Below, piece after piece: positions 28,090-37,572 of a stretch of DNA of 64,000 nt. The DNA comes from Blastocatellia bacterium (lineage in GTDB: Bacteria; Acidobacteriota; Blastocatellia; RBC074), in contig JAXLQP010000002.1 of assembly GCA_046331565.1 (NCBI GenBank), positions 648,107-712,106 on the forward strand, read 5' to 3'. Each line of letters opens with the position of its first letter. Position 1 is the first letter of the stretch. Position numbers and translations under genes: made by a program. The notes beneath the pieces were generated by a model. It searched no databases. It saw only the letters and a program-made list of their open reading frames with translations, and was not told the DNA's origin.

Positions 28090-28524
28090 AAACAAAAAGA
28101 GCAGCCGCCTGTGCGACTGCTCGAAGGAACCAAAGAAAGGAGGTTGATGCGAAAACCTGTTACCCTCTGAAAAAAACTCTGCCCGCTGCGGCGTAACCCA
28201 ACCACCACAACAGACACATCGTAAAACGCCGCCGTTTGCCCTTGTGCCATCCGGCCCCAAAGCCCCAGTCACAATGACTGCCCGGCCTGCCCGACGGCTT
28301 GCAGCCGCGTTCCAGACGCTCCCCATAAAAGCGATTGATGTGCCACAACACTTCAGCCTGATTCTCATCCGGTTAAGTCTGCGTCATCACAAAGAGTTCG
28401 CGCAGCCGCTGATCATGCGGGCCGCGCGCTTCACCGGGCAGTCGGTCAGTCTGGTCTGATTGATTCGGGCAGAATAACGGGTGTGGTCGGTCAGATTGAA
28501 AGATGCAGGTTCCAGCCTCAAATC

Positions 28525-30504
28525 TCAGGCGCGCTGAAAGCCCTTTTCGATTTCGCGCATGGTCACGCGCAGGATGATCGGTCGTCCGTGCGGACAGGTC
28601 GCGGGATTGTCGGCCCTGAGCAGTTCATCAATCAGCCAGCGCATCTTTTCGGGCGCAAGCGGCATATTGATTTTAATGGCGGCGCGGCAGGCCAGGCTCG
28701 CGGCAATTTCGGCGCGCAGTTCATCCATCGTCAGCCCGCGCCGCTCCTGTTCGATGGCGTCAAGCAGTTCAGCGAGCAGTTCGCGCGCCGTTCCCGCAGG
28801 CAGCATCGCAGGCACGGCTTTAATCGCCACCGTGCGACCTGACAACCTGCCAAGTTCGAAACCATTCTCTTCAAGTTCCGGCAGTGCCTGATCAATCGCC
28901 GCCGCCTGCGCCGGAGTCAGATCGAGCGTTTCAGGCAGCAGCAGTCGCTGCACTTCGATGCGATGACGCGCCAGCGCGCGCCAGTGCTGCTCAAAGAGAA
29001 TCCGTTCGTGCGCGACGTGCTGATCAATGACGAGCAGGCCGTTGCGATCTGCGGCGAGGATAAAGCTGTTGTGCAACTGACCAAGCGGATTGATCTCATC
29101 GGCATTGAGCGAAAGATTCTGCGCCGGTTTGAAGTTCGAGCCGGACGATTCAACTCCGCGCGCGCCGAGACAGCCGAGGCGATTGCCATAACGAAAGATG
29201 ACCGGCGCTTCAGGCTTCGCTTCTTCGTCAGGCTTTGCAGGTACAGTTTCGCTTTGCATCGAAGGCGCTGGCGCTTCACCTGAAGATGACGCGACGACTC
29301 GTTCTTCCGCTGGTTCAGGCGCAAAGGTCAGATTCATTTTGCGCTGTTCCGGCTGCGGCTGTGGCGGTTTCGGAGCCTGAATGCGAAACGCGCCTTTCAG
29401 TTCTTCACGCGAAACAGGCAGCGGCTCAGGCAATTTTTCAGGAGCAGCAGGAATTTCAGGTTCGACTTTGCGAACAGCTTCAGGCGTTCGTTCAATGAAC
29501 GGAGTGACGGCGGCTTTGGCTGCGCCGATGGCTTTGCGCACGGCGTCGCAAACGAGATCGTGAATGATCGAAGGCCGCACAAAACGCACTTCGGTCTTGG
29601 CCGGATGCACGTTCACATCAACTTCGTGCGGCGCGATTTCGACAAAGAGCATCGCCGTCGGATACACGCCCGCAGGCATCATTGCCCGATAAGCTTCGCT
29701 GAGCGCGCGTCCGAGCAGTTTGTCGCGCACGTAACGGCCATTGATGAAAAAGTACTGGTTGTCACGCGTCGTTCGTGTCACCGACGGCGAAGAGACAAAT
29801 CCGCGCACCCGCATTTCGCCCGCTTCGCCGCTGACTTCGATCAGGTCATCAATGAATTCGCCGCCGAAAAGCTGATAAGCCCGTTCGCGCAAATCGCCCG
29901 CCGGAGTCACGCTGATGCTTTCACGCCCGTTGTTGATGAGCGTGAAGGCATGCTGCGGGCGCGACAGCGCGTAATGCGTGACGAGATTGGCGATGTGAAA
30001 ACTTTCGGTGGCCTCGGACTTGAGAAACTTGCGCCGGGCCGGAACATTGAAAAACAGATCGCGGATTTCAAACTCAGTCCCGCGCGCAAAGGCAATGTCG
30101 CGCACATTGAGCATGCGCCCGCCGCTGATTTCGACTTCGGTTCCGGCCAGATCATCAGCAGTCTGCGTGCGCAGTCTGACTTTGGTCACTGAAGCGATTG
30201 AGGCCAGCGCCTCGCCGCGAAAGCCGAGCGTCGTGATGGCTTCGAGGTCTTCGGCAACTTTGATCTTGCTCGTCGCGTGGCGCTCAAAAGCCAGGATCGC
30301 GTCATCACGCGACATTCCTTCGCCGTCATCCGCAAGGCGAATCAGCCTGCGTCCGCCCGATTCAACGGCCACTTCGATGCGCCGCGCTCCGGCATCGAGC
30401 GAATTTTCGATCAGTTCCTTGACGATGGAGGCGGGCCGCTCGACCACTTCACCAGCGGCGATTTTATTGGCAAGACTGTCTGGCAGAACGCGGATCTTTG
30501 ACAT
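28525..30504 (-). CDS. mutL: DNA mismatch repair protein MutL.
   Basis: The N-terminal GHKL ATPase is present (MSKIRVLPDSLANKIAAGEVVERPASIVKELIENSLDAGA). The C-terminal dimerisation domain has the conserved FxxxR endonuclease-less architecture. Confidence 0.9.
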   Translation of the reverse strand: MSKIRVLPDSLANKIAAGEVVERPASIVKELIENSLDAGARRIEVAVESGGRRLIRLADDGEGMSRDDAILAFERHATSKIKVAEDLEAITTLGFRGEALASIASVTKVRLRTQTADDLAGTEVEISGGRMLNVRDIAFARGTEFEIRDLFFNVPARRKFLKSEATESFHIANLVTHYALSRPQHAFTLINNGRESISVTPAGDLRERAYQLFGGEFIDDLIEVSGEAGEMRVRGFVSSPSVTRTTRDNQYFFINGRYVRDKLLGRALSEAYRAMMPAGVYPTAMLFVEIAPHEVDVNVHPAKTEVRFVRPSIIHDLVCDAVRKAIGAAKAAVTPFIERTPEAVRKVEPEIPAAPEKLPEPLPVSREELKGAFRIQAPKPPQPQPEQRKMNLTFAPEPAEERVVASSSGEAPAPSMQSETVPAKPDEEAKPEAPVIFRYGNRLGCLGARGVESSGSNFKPAQNLSLNADEINPLGQLHNSFILAADRNGLLVIDQHVAHERILFEQHWRALARHRIEVQRLLLPETLDLTPAQAAAIDQALPELEENGFELGRLSGRTVAIKAVPAMLPAGTARELLAELLDAIEQERRGLTMDELRAEIAASLACRAAIKINMPLAPEKMRWLIDELLRADNPATCPHGRPIILRVTMREIEKGFQRA

Positions 30505-30537
30505 CGGGGCTTTGCGAAAAACAATTGTCTGAGAGAA

Positions 30538-30963
30538 TCACACCGACCAGTCTTCAACTTTCAGATCAGGAACTCTGCTGAAATCCCGCAGGTTTCCCGA
30601 TAATAACGTGGCATTGTGCGCCAGCGCGATGGCAGCAATCTTCAGATCCATCGTGCCGATGCGGATGCGAGCCTTTTTCAACTCCTGAAACTTTTCTGCG
30701 GCGCGCTCATCAAATCCCAGCAGATTAATTGCTGAATAGTACTTCAGCAGGGCTTCAAGCCGACGGTATGGCTCGATTTCCTGCAACGGAGATTTTGCCC
30801 TGGCAATCTGTGCCAGCCATCCTCTCAACTGTTCTTCAAAAGTAATTATCGTGACAAACCTGTCCTCGACTTTGACGCCGGAAAATCGAAAGCGTAATCG
30901 TTGAGCTTCGGGGCTGGTTGCCCTTTGCAACAATGATACGTGATCACTATCGAGTACGAACAT
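30538..30963 (-). CDS. vapC: Type II toxin-antitoxin system VapC-family toxin (PIN domain).
   Basis: MFVLDSDHVSLL carries the PIN acidic residue. ...GTMDLKIAAIALAHNATLLSGNLRDF is the PIN C-terminal motif. Confidence 0.8.
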   Translation of the reverse strand: MFVLDSDHVSLLQRATSPEAQRLRFRFSGVKVEDRFVTIITFEEQLRGWLAQIARAKSPLQEIEPYRRLEALLKYYSAINLLGFDERAAEKFQELKKARIRIGTMDLKIAAIALAHNATLLSGNLRDFSRVPDLKVEDWSV

Positions 30964-31216
30964 TGCGCGTCTTCCGTCCTTTCGCTTTTTTACTTCCGGC
31001 TCTGCCAGAAGCTCTGGGACGGAGTGACTCTCGATATTTGCGGCCCAGTTCCACTATCTCATCAAAGACAGGATCATTGGCGAAAACTCCATACGTCTCA
31101 TCCAGCCAGTCTTTTTTGGTTCTGCTGTTTGTTTCCACTTGTCCTTTGAGCTGCTCCACCTCTGCTTCCAGAGTGGCAAGACGCATCTCAATCAGATTTT
31201 TTTTTGATACTGCCAT
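30947..31216 (-). CDS. Putative antitoxin partner of VapC.
   Basis: It is an 89-aa ORF immediately upstream of vapC and overlaps it by 17 nt. The N-terminal part is coiled-coil (LIEMRLATLEAEVEQLKGQ), then WLDETYGVFANDPVFDEIVELGRKYRES, and the tail is basic. Confidence 0.5.
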   Translation of the reverse strand: MAVSKKNLIEMRLATLEAEVEQLKGQVETNSRTKKDWLDETYGVFANDPVFDEIVELGRKYRESLRPRASGRAGSKKAKGRKTRNVRTR

Positions 31217-31238
31217 AAATTACTTCCTTTCTCCCGGC

Positions 31239-33014
31239 TCAGGTCAGCGTCCTGATCTTGAGTTCATCAAGCTGCTGTTTGCTGACTTCGCTTGGGCTGT
31301 CAGTCATCAGATCAGCGGCGCTTGAGACTTTCGGGAAGGCGATCACTTCGCGCAATGAACCAGCACCCGCGAGCAGCATCACCGTGCGGTCGAGGCCGAG
31401 CGCGATGCCGCCGTGCGGAGGCGTGCCGTAACTGAGCGCGTCGAGGAAGAAGCCGAACTTTTCACGCGCTTCGGCTTCGCTCAGGCCGAGCGCCCTGAAA
31501 ACCTTCGCCTGAATGTCGGCGCGATGAATTCGGATCGAGCCGCCGCCGAGTTCGGTGCCGTTGAAAACCAGGTCGTAGGCCTTGGCGCGCACTGCGCCGA
31601 GGTCGCCTTCGAGTTTGTCAATGTCCTCGTCAATCGGCGAAGTGAAAGGATGATGCAGCGCGTACCAGCGTTTGTCGTCTTCGTGGTACTCGAACATCGG
31701 AAAATCAGTCACCCAGAGCAGCCTGTTTTCGCTGCGATTGATCAGGTTTTCGCGGCGCGCCACTTCAAGGCGCAGCGCACCGAGCGACGCCGCCACGACA
31801 TCGCGCGTGCCGCCGATCATCAGAATCGCGTCGCCAACGTTCGCGTTTGTTGCCTGCACAAGCGCACTGACGCCTTCAGCACCGAGCGTTTTAGTCAGCG
31901 CGGATTTGTGTTCGCCTTCAGCGACCTGAATGTAAGCCATGCCGCCTGCGCCATAGCGTTTGGCGTGTTCGACGAGTTCATCAAACTGCTTGCGCGAATA
32001 TTTTGCGCCGCCGGGCACGACGATGGCCTTCACCTGCCCGCCTTTGCTGACGGCATCGGCAAAGACCGTGAACGGGCTGCCTTCAAAGTTCGCCGTCAGG
32101 TCAATGAATTCGAGGCCGAAGCGCAGGTCGGGTTTGTCCGAGCCGAAACGCTCCATCGCCTCTTTGTAAGGCATCCGCAGAAACGGACGCGCCGGTTCGG
32201 GAAGGCCTGCGACCTTGAAGTATTCGCAGATCAGTGGCTCGATGATGTTGAAGACATCATCGGGCTGCACAAAGCTCATCTCGATATCCACCTGCGTGAA
32301 TTCAGGCTGCCGGTCGGCGCGCAAGTCCTCATCGCGGAAGCAGCGCGCAATCTGAAAGTATCTTTCGTAACCGGCAATCATCAGCAGTTGCTTGAAAAGC
32401 TGCGGTGATTGCGGCAGCGCGAAGAATTTGCCGGGAAAGGTGCGCGACGGCACCAGATAATCGCGCGCGCCTTCGGGTGTTGATTTGGTCAGAATCGGCG
32501 TTTCGATTTCGTAAAAGCCCTGGCTGTCCAGAAAGGTTCGCGTGACGAGCGCAAGCTGATGACGCATTTTGAAATTCTGCTGCATCTCAGGACGGCGCAG
32601 GTCAAGGTAACGATACTTCAGGCGCAGGTCTTCGCCCGCTTCGCAACGCTCGATCTGAAACGGCAGCACCTGCGAATCGTTCAGGATTTTGACCGATTCA
32701 GCGACGATTTCGATTTCACCGGTCGCCATATTTTTATTGACCGTCGCGGCGTCACGAGCCACACACCTGCCGGTCACGGCCAGCACATATTCGCTGCGGA
32801 CGACTTCGGCCTTGTCGTGAGCTTCGGGAAATTTCGATTCGTCAAAGACGACCTGAGTGATGCCTTCGCGGTCGCGCAGGTGAACGAAAATCAGCGGCCC
32901 GTGATCGCGGCGGGCATTGACCCAGCCGAGCAGTGTCACGGTTTCCCCAACGTTGGCAAGACGCAGCTCGCCGCAATGATGTGTGCGTTTCGTTTGTCCT
33001 AAATGATCGAGCAT
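31239..33014 (-). CDS. aspS: Aspartate--tRNA ligase.
   Basis: The 591-aa ORF has an N-terminal OB fold (RTHHCGELR...). Class II aaRS motifs are present ([18 protein letters not shown]; GGGSIRIH; GLDR). Confidence 0.9.
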   Translation of the reverse strand: MLDHLGQTKRTHHCGELRLANVGETVTLLGWVNARRDHGPLIFVHLRDREGITQVVFDESKFPEAHDKAEVVRSEYVLAVTGRCVARDAATVNKNMATGEIEIVAESVKILNDSQVLPFQIERCEAGEDLRLKYRYLDLRRPEMQQNFKMRHQLALVTRTFLDSQGFYEIETPILTKSTPEGARDYLVPSRTFPGKFFALPQSPQLFKQLLMIAGYERYFQIARCFRDEDLRADRQPEFTQVDIEMSFVQPDDVFNIIEPLICEYFKVAGLPEPARPFLRMPYKEAMERFGSDKPDLRFGLEFIDLTANFEGSPFTVFADAVSKGGQVKAIVVPGGAKYSRKQFDELVEHAKRYGAGGMAYIQVAEGEHKSALTKTLGAEGVSALVQATNANVGDAILMIGGTRDVVAASLGALRLEVARRENLINRSENRLLWVTDFPMFEYHEDDKRWYALHHPFTSPIDEDIDKLEGDLGAVRAKAYDLVFNGTELGGGSIRIHRADIQAKVFRALGLSEAEAREKFGFFLDALSYGTPPHGGIALGLDRTVMLLAGAGSLREVIAFPKVSSAADLMTDSPSEVSKQQLDELKIRTLT

Positions 33015-33074
33015 GAGCTTACTTCCACTTTCAGTTTGATTTGTTTCGGGGCAGGTTAGCTGGAAATGATGAAG

Positions 33075-33160
33075 TCGGAATGATGAATGATGAACAATAG
33101 TTGATAAATGATGAAATGCTCTACTTTCACTTCATCGTTCATCATTCATCATTCTGCCTT
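33075..33160. terminator. Long AT-rich palindrome (gaatgatgaatgatgaac ... gttcatcattcatcattc) directly downstream of hisS and upstream of aspS.
   Basis: The perfect 18-bp arms are visible in the sequence. The position fits a hisS terminator and/or an attenuator ahead of aspS. Confidence 0.5.
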
Positions 33161-34450
33161 TCATTCGTGATGCCCGGCCAGCTTTGCAACGATGTCATCA
33201 AAGCCGAGCGATTCCTGTTCGCCGGTCGCCAGGTTCTTGAGCGCATATCTGCCGCTCGCTACTTCATCATCGCCGATGATCAGCGCGTAACGGGCATTTG
33301 ATTTGCTGGCCTGCGCCATCGCTTTCTTCATTTTGCGCTCTTCAAATTCCAGCGCGACGGCGAAACCGGCGGCGCGCAGATCCTTTGCAATTTTGAAGCT
33401 CCGGTCACGAGCCGCTTCACCGAGCCAGACAATATAAACATCAGGTCTTTCAGCCGCGCGCGCTTTTTCAGCTTCGCTTTCAGCGAGCGACATCACCATG
33501 CGGTCAAGACCGAAAGCGAAGCCGAAGCCTTTGGCGGGCGGGCCTCCGAGCGTTTCTGACAGGCCATCGTAACGCCCGCCGCCGACAATCGTGTTCTGTG
33601 CGCCGAGGCTGCCGCCGATGATTTCAAACGCCGTGCGGGTGTAATAATCCAGCCCGCGCACCATTCGCGGATTGACGACGTAAGGGATGCCGCGCGCGTC
33701 GAGATGCGCCTTGAACTGCTCGAAGTGCTGCCGCGAGGCGTCGTCAAGATTGTCAGTGATCGTCGGCAGCGTGGCGATGATCGTCTGACAGCTTTCGTTC
33801 TTGCAGTCAAAGATGCGCAGCACGTTGGTTTCAAAGCGGTGGTGACAATCGCCGCACAGTTTGTCGAGTTGCGGCTCAACCGCTTCGCGCAGCTTTTCCA
33901 GATAAGCGGCGCGTGACTGCGGATCGCCAACCGAATTGATGAGCAGCGTCGTATCCGTGATGTTGAGCTGTCGCAGAAACCAGTCGAGCATTTCAATCAC
34001 TTCGGCTTCGATGGCCGGGTCATCGCTTGAACCCAGGACTTCAACGCCGATCTGATAAAACTGGCGGTAACGTCCGGCCTGCGGGCGTTCGCGGCGAAAC
34101 ATCGGGCCGATGTAATAAAGTTTGACGACTTCGCCCGGAGCCAGGTTCGCGTACAGCTTGTGCTGAATGTAAGCGCGCACGACCGAAGCCGTGTTTTCAG
34201 GCCGCAGCGTCAGCGATTCGCCTTCGCTGTCAGCACGGGCGCGATCAATGAAGGTGTACATCTCCTTGTGCACGATGTCGGTCGCTTCACCAACGCCGCG
34301 CGCAAAGAGTTCGGTCTTTTCAAAGATCGGCGTGCGAATTTCGCTGAAACCGTAACGGCGAAAGGCTTCGCGCGCGACGGCTTCGACGCGCTGCCAGACG
34401 GGCGTGTCTGACGGCAGAATGTCTCTGGTTCCTCTGACGGTCTGAATCAT
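33161..34450 (-). CDS. hisS: Histidine--tRNA ligase.
   Basis: From the internal Met it reads MIQTVRGTRDILPSDTPVWQRVEAVAREAFRRYGFSEIRTPIFEKTELFARGVGEATDIVHKEMYTF, the canonical HisRS N-terminus. There is a C-terminal anticodon-binding domain. Confidence 0.9.
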   Translation of the reverse strand: MIQTVRGTRDILPSDTPVWQRVEAVAREAFRRYGFSEIRTPIFEKTELFARGVGEATDIVHKEMYTFIDRARADSEGESLTLRPENTASVVRAYIQHKLYANLAPGEVVKLYYIGPMFRRERPQAGRYRQFYQIGVEVLGSSDDPAIEAEVIEMLDWFLRQLNITDTTLLINSVGDPQSRAAYLEKLREAVEPQLDKLCGDCHHRFETNVLRIFDCKNESCQTIIATLPTITDNLDDASRQHFEQFKAHLDARGIPYVVNPRMVRGLDYYTRTAFEIIGGSLGAQNTIVGGGRYDGLSETLGGPPAKGFGFAFGLDRMVMSLAESEAEKARAAERPDVYIVWLGEAARDRSFKIAKDLRAAGFAVALEFEERKMKKAMAQASKSNARYALIIGDDEVASGRYALKNLATGEQESLGFDDIVAKLAGHHE

Positions 34451-34687
34451 AACTTTGGGGGCCGGAGGCTGGGGATCAGGGGCTGGAGCTTTCCGCTGAT
34501 GCACAACTTCCCGCCAGGCAACTCCGATAATGACAGCGACAGCAGGAAATTGCCTTGCCCTGCTCATCGCGTTAAGCTGGCGATTCTAGCACACGTCCAT
34601 CAGCAAAATGGAAGCAGCAAATAGTCAGGGCCGGATGGCCGGGACTTTCTCTATTCCCCGGACTCCAGCCCCCAACTTCTTTCGATT

Positions 34688-35209
34688 ATGCTCAGAACAT
34701 ATCTTGGCAAACATCCGCAGGTTGCGCCGGGCTGCTTCATCGAAGCCTCAGCGCAGGTCATCGGCGATGTCGCAATCGGCGAGCATTCATCGGTCTGGTT
34801 CAATGCCGTCGTGCGCGGCGATGTCAACCGCATCGTCATCGGCCACCACACCAATATTCAGGATTTGTGCGTTGTTCACGTCGCAAAGGATCTGCATGAG
34901 ACGCACATCGGCAATTACGTCACGTTCGGTCACGGCGCCATCGTGCATGGCTGCACGATTGAGGATCACTGCCTGATCGGAATCGGCGCAAAGGTGATGG
35001 ATGGCGCAGTGATCGGCGCGGAATCAATCGTCGCGGCGGGCGCGCTCGTGCCGCCGGGGGTGAAAGTTCCACCGCGTTCGCTCGTTATCGGGATGCCCGC
35101 CAAACTGAAGCGACAGGTTACTGATGATGAAGTCGAGTTCATCAATCAGCACTGGAAGAATTATCACGAACTGAAAGAGATTTATCTGAGCGATGTGCCG
35201 CAGTTGTGA
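34688..35209 (+). CDS. Gamma-class carbonic anhydrase family protein (left-handed beta-helix, hexapeptide repeats).
   Basis: It reads MLRTYLGKHPQVAPGCFIEASAQVIGDVAIGEHSSVWFNAVVRGDVNRIVIGHHTNIQD. The His ligands and hexapeptide periodicity are present. Confidence 0.8.
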   Translation: MLRTYLGKHPQVAPGCFIEASAQVIGDVAIGEHSSVWFNAVVRGDVNRIVIGHHTNIQDLCVVHVAKDLHETHIGNYVTFGHGAIVHGCTIEDHCLIGIGAKVMDGAVIGAESIVAAGALVPPGVKVPPRSLVIGMPAKLKRQVTDDEVEFINQHWKNYHELKEIYLSDVPQL

Positions 35210-35217
35210 GGCGGCGG

Positions 35218-35961
35218 TTATTCGCTGCGCACCAGGCGGGCCGGGTCGAGCATTTGCAGCAGTGCGATGGCGGCTGATTCCAGCGCGGCGGCGTCCTTTG
35301 ATTCGAGCGTCAGCTTGACGCGATATTCGGGCGAGGCGAAATGCGGATAAGAACCGATCATCACCAGCGGGTGCTGATCGGCCAGTTCCTGCAACCGTCC
35401 GGCAAAATCGAATTCATCCTCGTGCGTGAAAATGGCGCGGGTGAAAAACGGCGTGGCGCGAAAGCGTTCACGAATGGCGGCAAACTTCCTCCTGAACAGT
35501 TCAGGCACGCCGGGCAGAATGTAAACGTTCTCACAGGCCAGCGTCGGCCAGCGCAGGTCGGGCGCTTCAAGCAGCTCTGATCCTTCCGGCACATCGGCCA
35601 TCCGCAGGTGCGATTCCTCGGCGCGTTCACCAAAATAGTTTCTGATTCTTCTTTCCAGTTCAGGATGCCGCACCACCGGGCGATTGAAAGCCTGGGCGAT
35701 GCCCTTGATGGTCACGTCGTCGTGCGTCGGGCCGACCCCGCCGGAAGTGAAGACGTAAGTGAAGCGCGCAGAGAGTTCACGCGCCGAAACAGCGACGGTT
35801 TCAATTTCGTCAGGGATGGTCAGAATGCGGCGCAGCGCCACACCCAGGTCGCGCAGTTCGCCAATCAGAAAGCGGGCGTTCTGTTCCTCAGTCTTGCCGC
35901 TGAGGATTTCATCTCCGATCACGAGAATGGCGGCAGTCGGCACGTTCATGGCCGTCATCAT
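35218..35961 (-). CDS. CinA-like / MoaB-MogA-type molybdopterin-binding domain protein.
   Basis: AAILVIGDEILSGKTEEQNARFLIGELRDLGVALRRILTIPDE...FTSGGVGPTHDDVT is the MoCF-biosynthesis/CinA N-terminal domain signature. Confidence 0.6.
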   Translation of the reverse strand: MMTAMNVPTAAILVIGDEILSGKTEEQNARFLIGELRDLGVALRRILTIPDEIETVAVSARELSARFTYVFTSGGVGPTHDDVTIKGIAQAFNRPVVRHPELERRIRNYFGERAEESHLRMADVPEGSELLEAPDLRWPTLACENVYILPGVPELFRRKFAAIRERFRATPFFTRAIFTHEDEFDFAGRLQELADQHPLVMIGSYPHFASPEYRVKLTLESKDAAALESAAIALLQMLDPARLVRSE

Positions 35962-36061
35962 AGCGACTTGCCGCGCGGGCAGGCAACAGCAGAACGGGTG
36001 AGCGGAAGCTGTAAATTCAGTCTTCCGCTCACCCGTCCTTTTTCTCCGACTCTGTCCTGGA

Positions 36062-36583
36062 TTACTTCAGCAGTTTATCGAGTTCCTGGCTGACTTCGCC
36101 GTAACCGTCGGCCTGATCCGGGTCGAAGCCGACGTGTTTGTGCGCCACTTTGCCTTCGCGGTCAATGATGATGAGCGTCGGCAGGTTTTCAACGCCAAGC
36201 GCACGAAAGGCTGCCTGATCAGGGTCACGCAGCACCGGCAGCCTGAGGCCGTTCCTTGTCGCAAAGGCTTTCAGTTCGGCATCCGTTGCCGCATTGCGCG
36301 CGCCGGGTTTGGCCGAATTGATGCTGACCCAGTAAACATCAACCTTGCGACCGGCGTAACGGTCAGCGAGCTTTTGCAGCGCGGGCAGCTCTTTTGATGA
36401 GAGCGGAACCCAGGTTGCGCCAAAAGCCAGCACGACGACTCTGCCGCGCTTGTCGGCCAGATTAAAGCTTCCGCCATCGGTCGTGCGCAGCGTCACTGAC
36501 GGAGTCTGCGCCAGCGCCCCAATGGCCAGAGCCAGTGTGAAAGTCAGCGTAAGAGCGAATCTGATTATTTTTTTTCTGTTCAT
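36062..36583 (-). CDS. Secreted TlpA/redoxin-like thioredoxin-fold protein that lacks the CXXC active site.
   Basis: There is a signal peptide. It has thioredoxin-fold similarity (GRVVVLAFGATWVPLSSKELPALQKLADRY...ENLPTLIIIDREGKV). The canonical WCxxC position reads ATWVPLS instead. Confidence 0.6.
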   Translation of the reverse strand: MNRKKIIRFALTLTFTLALAIGALAQTPSVTLRTTDGGSFNLADKRGRVVVLAFGATWVPLSSKELPALQKLADRYAGRKVDVYWVSINSAKPGARNAATDAELKAFATRNGLRLPVLRDPDQAAFRALGVENLPTLIIIDREGKVAHKHVGFDPDQADGYGEVSQELDKLLK

Positions 36584-36937
36584 CGTTGTGATGTCCCTCG
36601 CAATTGGCGGGGAGTACGATTGACATTGCATCAGATGCGGAATTTAAGCAACTGGTTGTGAGCCGTGAATAATTCCCGCGCGCACGAATGCCGATGGCTG
36701 AGCCGCTGAATTCTGTGTTTCGGGATGGCTGAAGCCCTGTCGTGACGGCAGGGCTTCAGGCTGGTTTGACTGAGGGGCATCGCGGTCTGCGCCTGGGAGG
36801 CTGAAGGGAGAGTTGTGTGCCGCGTCGTGCGCCCTCAACCATCAAAGCTGGAAAATCCGGCGCAAAACCGCACGGGCGCAAAAAATTTTTCAGTCGCTTT
36901 TGCGCCCGCTGGTGGTGCTATAATCCGCTCATCTTTG

Positions 36938-36950
36938 ACCCAGACCGTAA
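36938..36950 (+). promoter_or_regulatory. Candidate extended -10 promoter element (TGcTATAAT) upstream of the ECF sigma factor gene. It is preceded by a GC hairpin (gggcgcaaaa...ttttgcgccc).
   Basis: The sequence ggtggtgctataatccgc lies about 35 nt upstream of the ATG at 36982. This rests on a motif match only. Confidence 0.3.
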
Positions 36951-36981
36951 ACCATAAAGCAGAGTCACGAAGGCAGACCCT

Positions 36982-37572
36982 ATGGCATCGTCTTCAGCTT
37001 CCCCCCAGGAAGTCACACAACTGCTGGTTGCCTGGAGCAGCGGTGATCAGTCGGCGCTCGATCAACTGATGCCGCTGGTGTACGGCGAACTGCACCGGCT
37101 GGCGCATCGTTACATGCGCCGCGAAAATCCGGGGCACAGCCTGCAAACCACTGCGCTGGTCAACGAAGCTTTTGTGCGACTGACCGAAGGCAAAAGCGTC
37201 AACTGGCAGAACCGCGCGCATTTCTTTGCCGTGTCGGCCAACGTCATGCGCCGCATTCTGGTGGACATTGCCAACGCGCACGGAGCGCAGAAGCGCGGCG
37301 GCAACCTGCAGCACGTGCAGCTTGACGAGGCGCTGGTGATTGCTGAAGACCGCGAGGCCGATCTGGTGGCGCTCGATGATGCGCTCAAGACGCTGGCGAA
37401 AATTGATCCGCGCAAGAGCCAGGTCGTCGAACTGCGCTTTTTTGGCGGCCTCAGCGTGGACGAAACTGCCGAAGTGCTGAAAGTCTCACCTGACACCGTG
37501 TTGCGCGACTGGCGGCTGGCCAGGTCGTGGCTCATGCGTGAACTGAGCGGAAAGAATCCTCATGAAACCTGA
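36982..37572 (+). CDS. ECF-type RNA polymerase sigma factor, of the sigma-70 subfamily that is typically paired with Ser/Thr kinases.
   Basis: Region 2 reads LVYGELHRLAHRYMRREN...LVNEAFVRL. Region 4 reads VVELRFFGGLSVDETAEVLKVSPDTVLRDWRLARSWL. It overlaps the downstream kinase gene. Confidence 0.8.
   Translation: MASSSASPQEVTQLLVAWSSGDQSALDQLMPLVYGELHRLAHRYMRRENPGHSLQTTALVNEAFVRLTEGKSVNWQNRAHFFAVSANVMRRILVDIANAHGAQKRGGNLQHVQLDEALVIAEDREADLVALDDALKTLAKIDPRKSQVVELRFFGGLSVDETAEVLKVSPDTVLRDWRLARSWLMRELSGKNPHET

Noticed and set aside
28090-28524. A 430-bp gap between the membrane-protein gene and mutL, with ORFs 28066..28368 and 28244..28459.
   Set aside because: The products are Cys/Gly/Arg-rich and unconvincing. 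There is only a short terminator-like hairpin near 28098-28122. It is probably non-coding.
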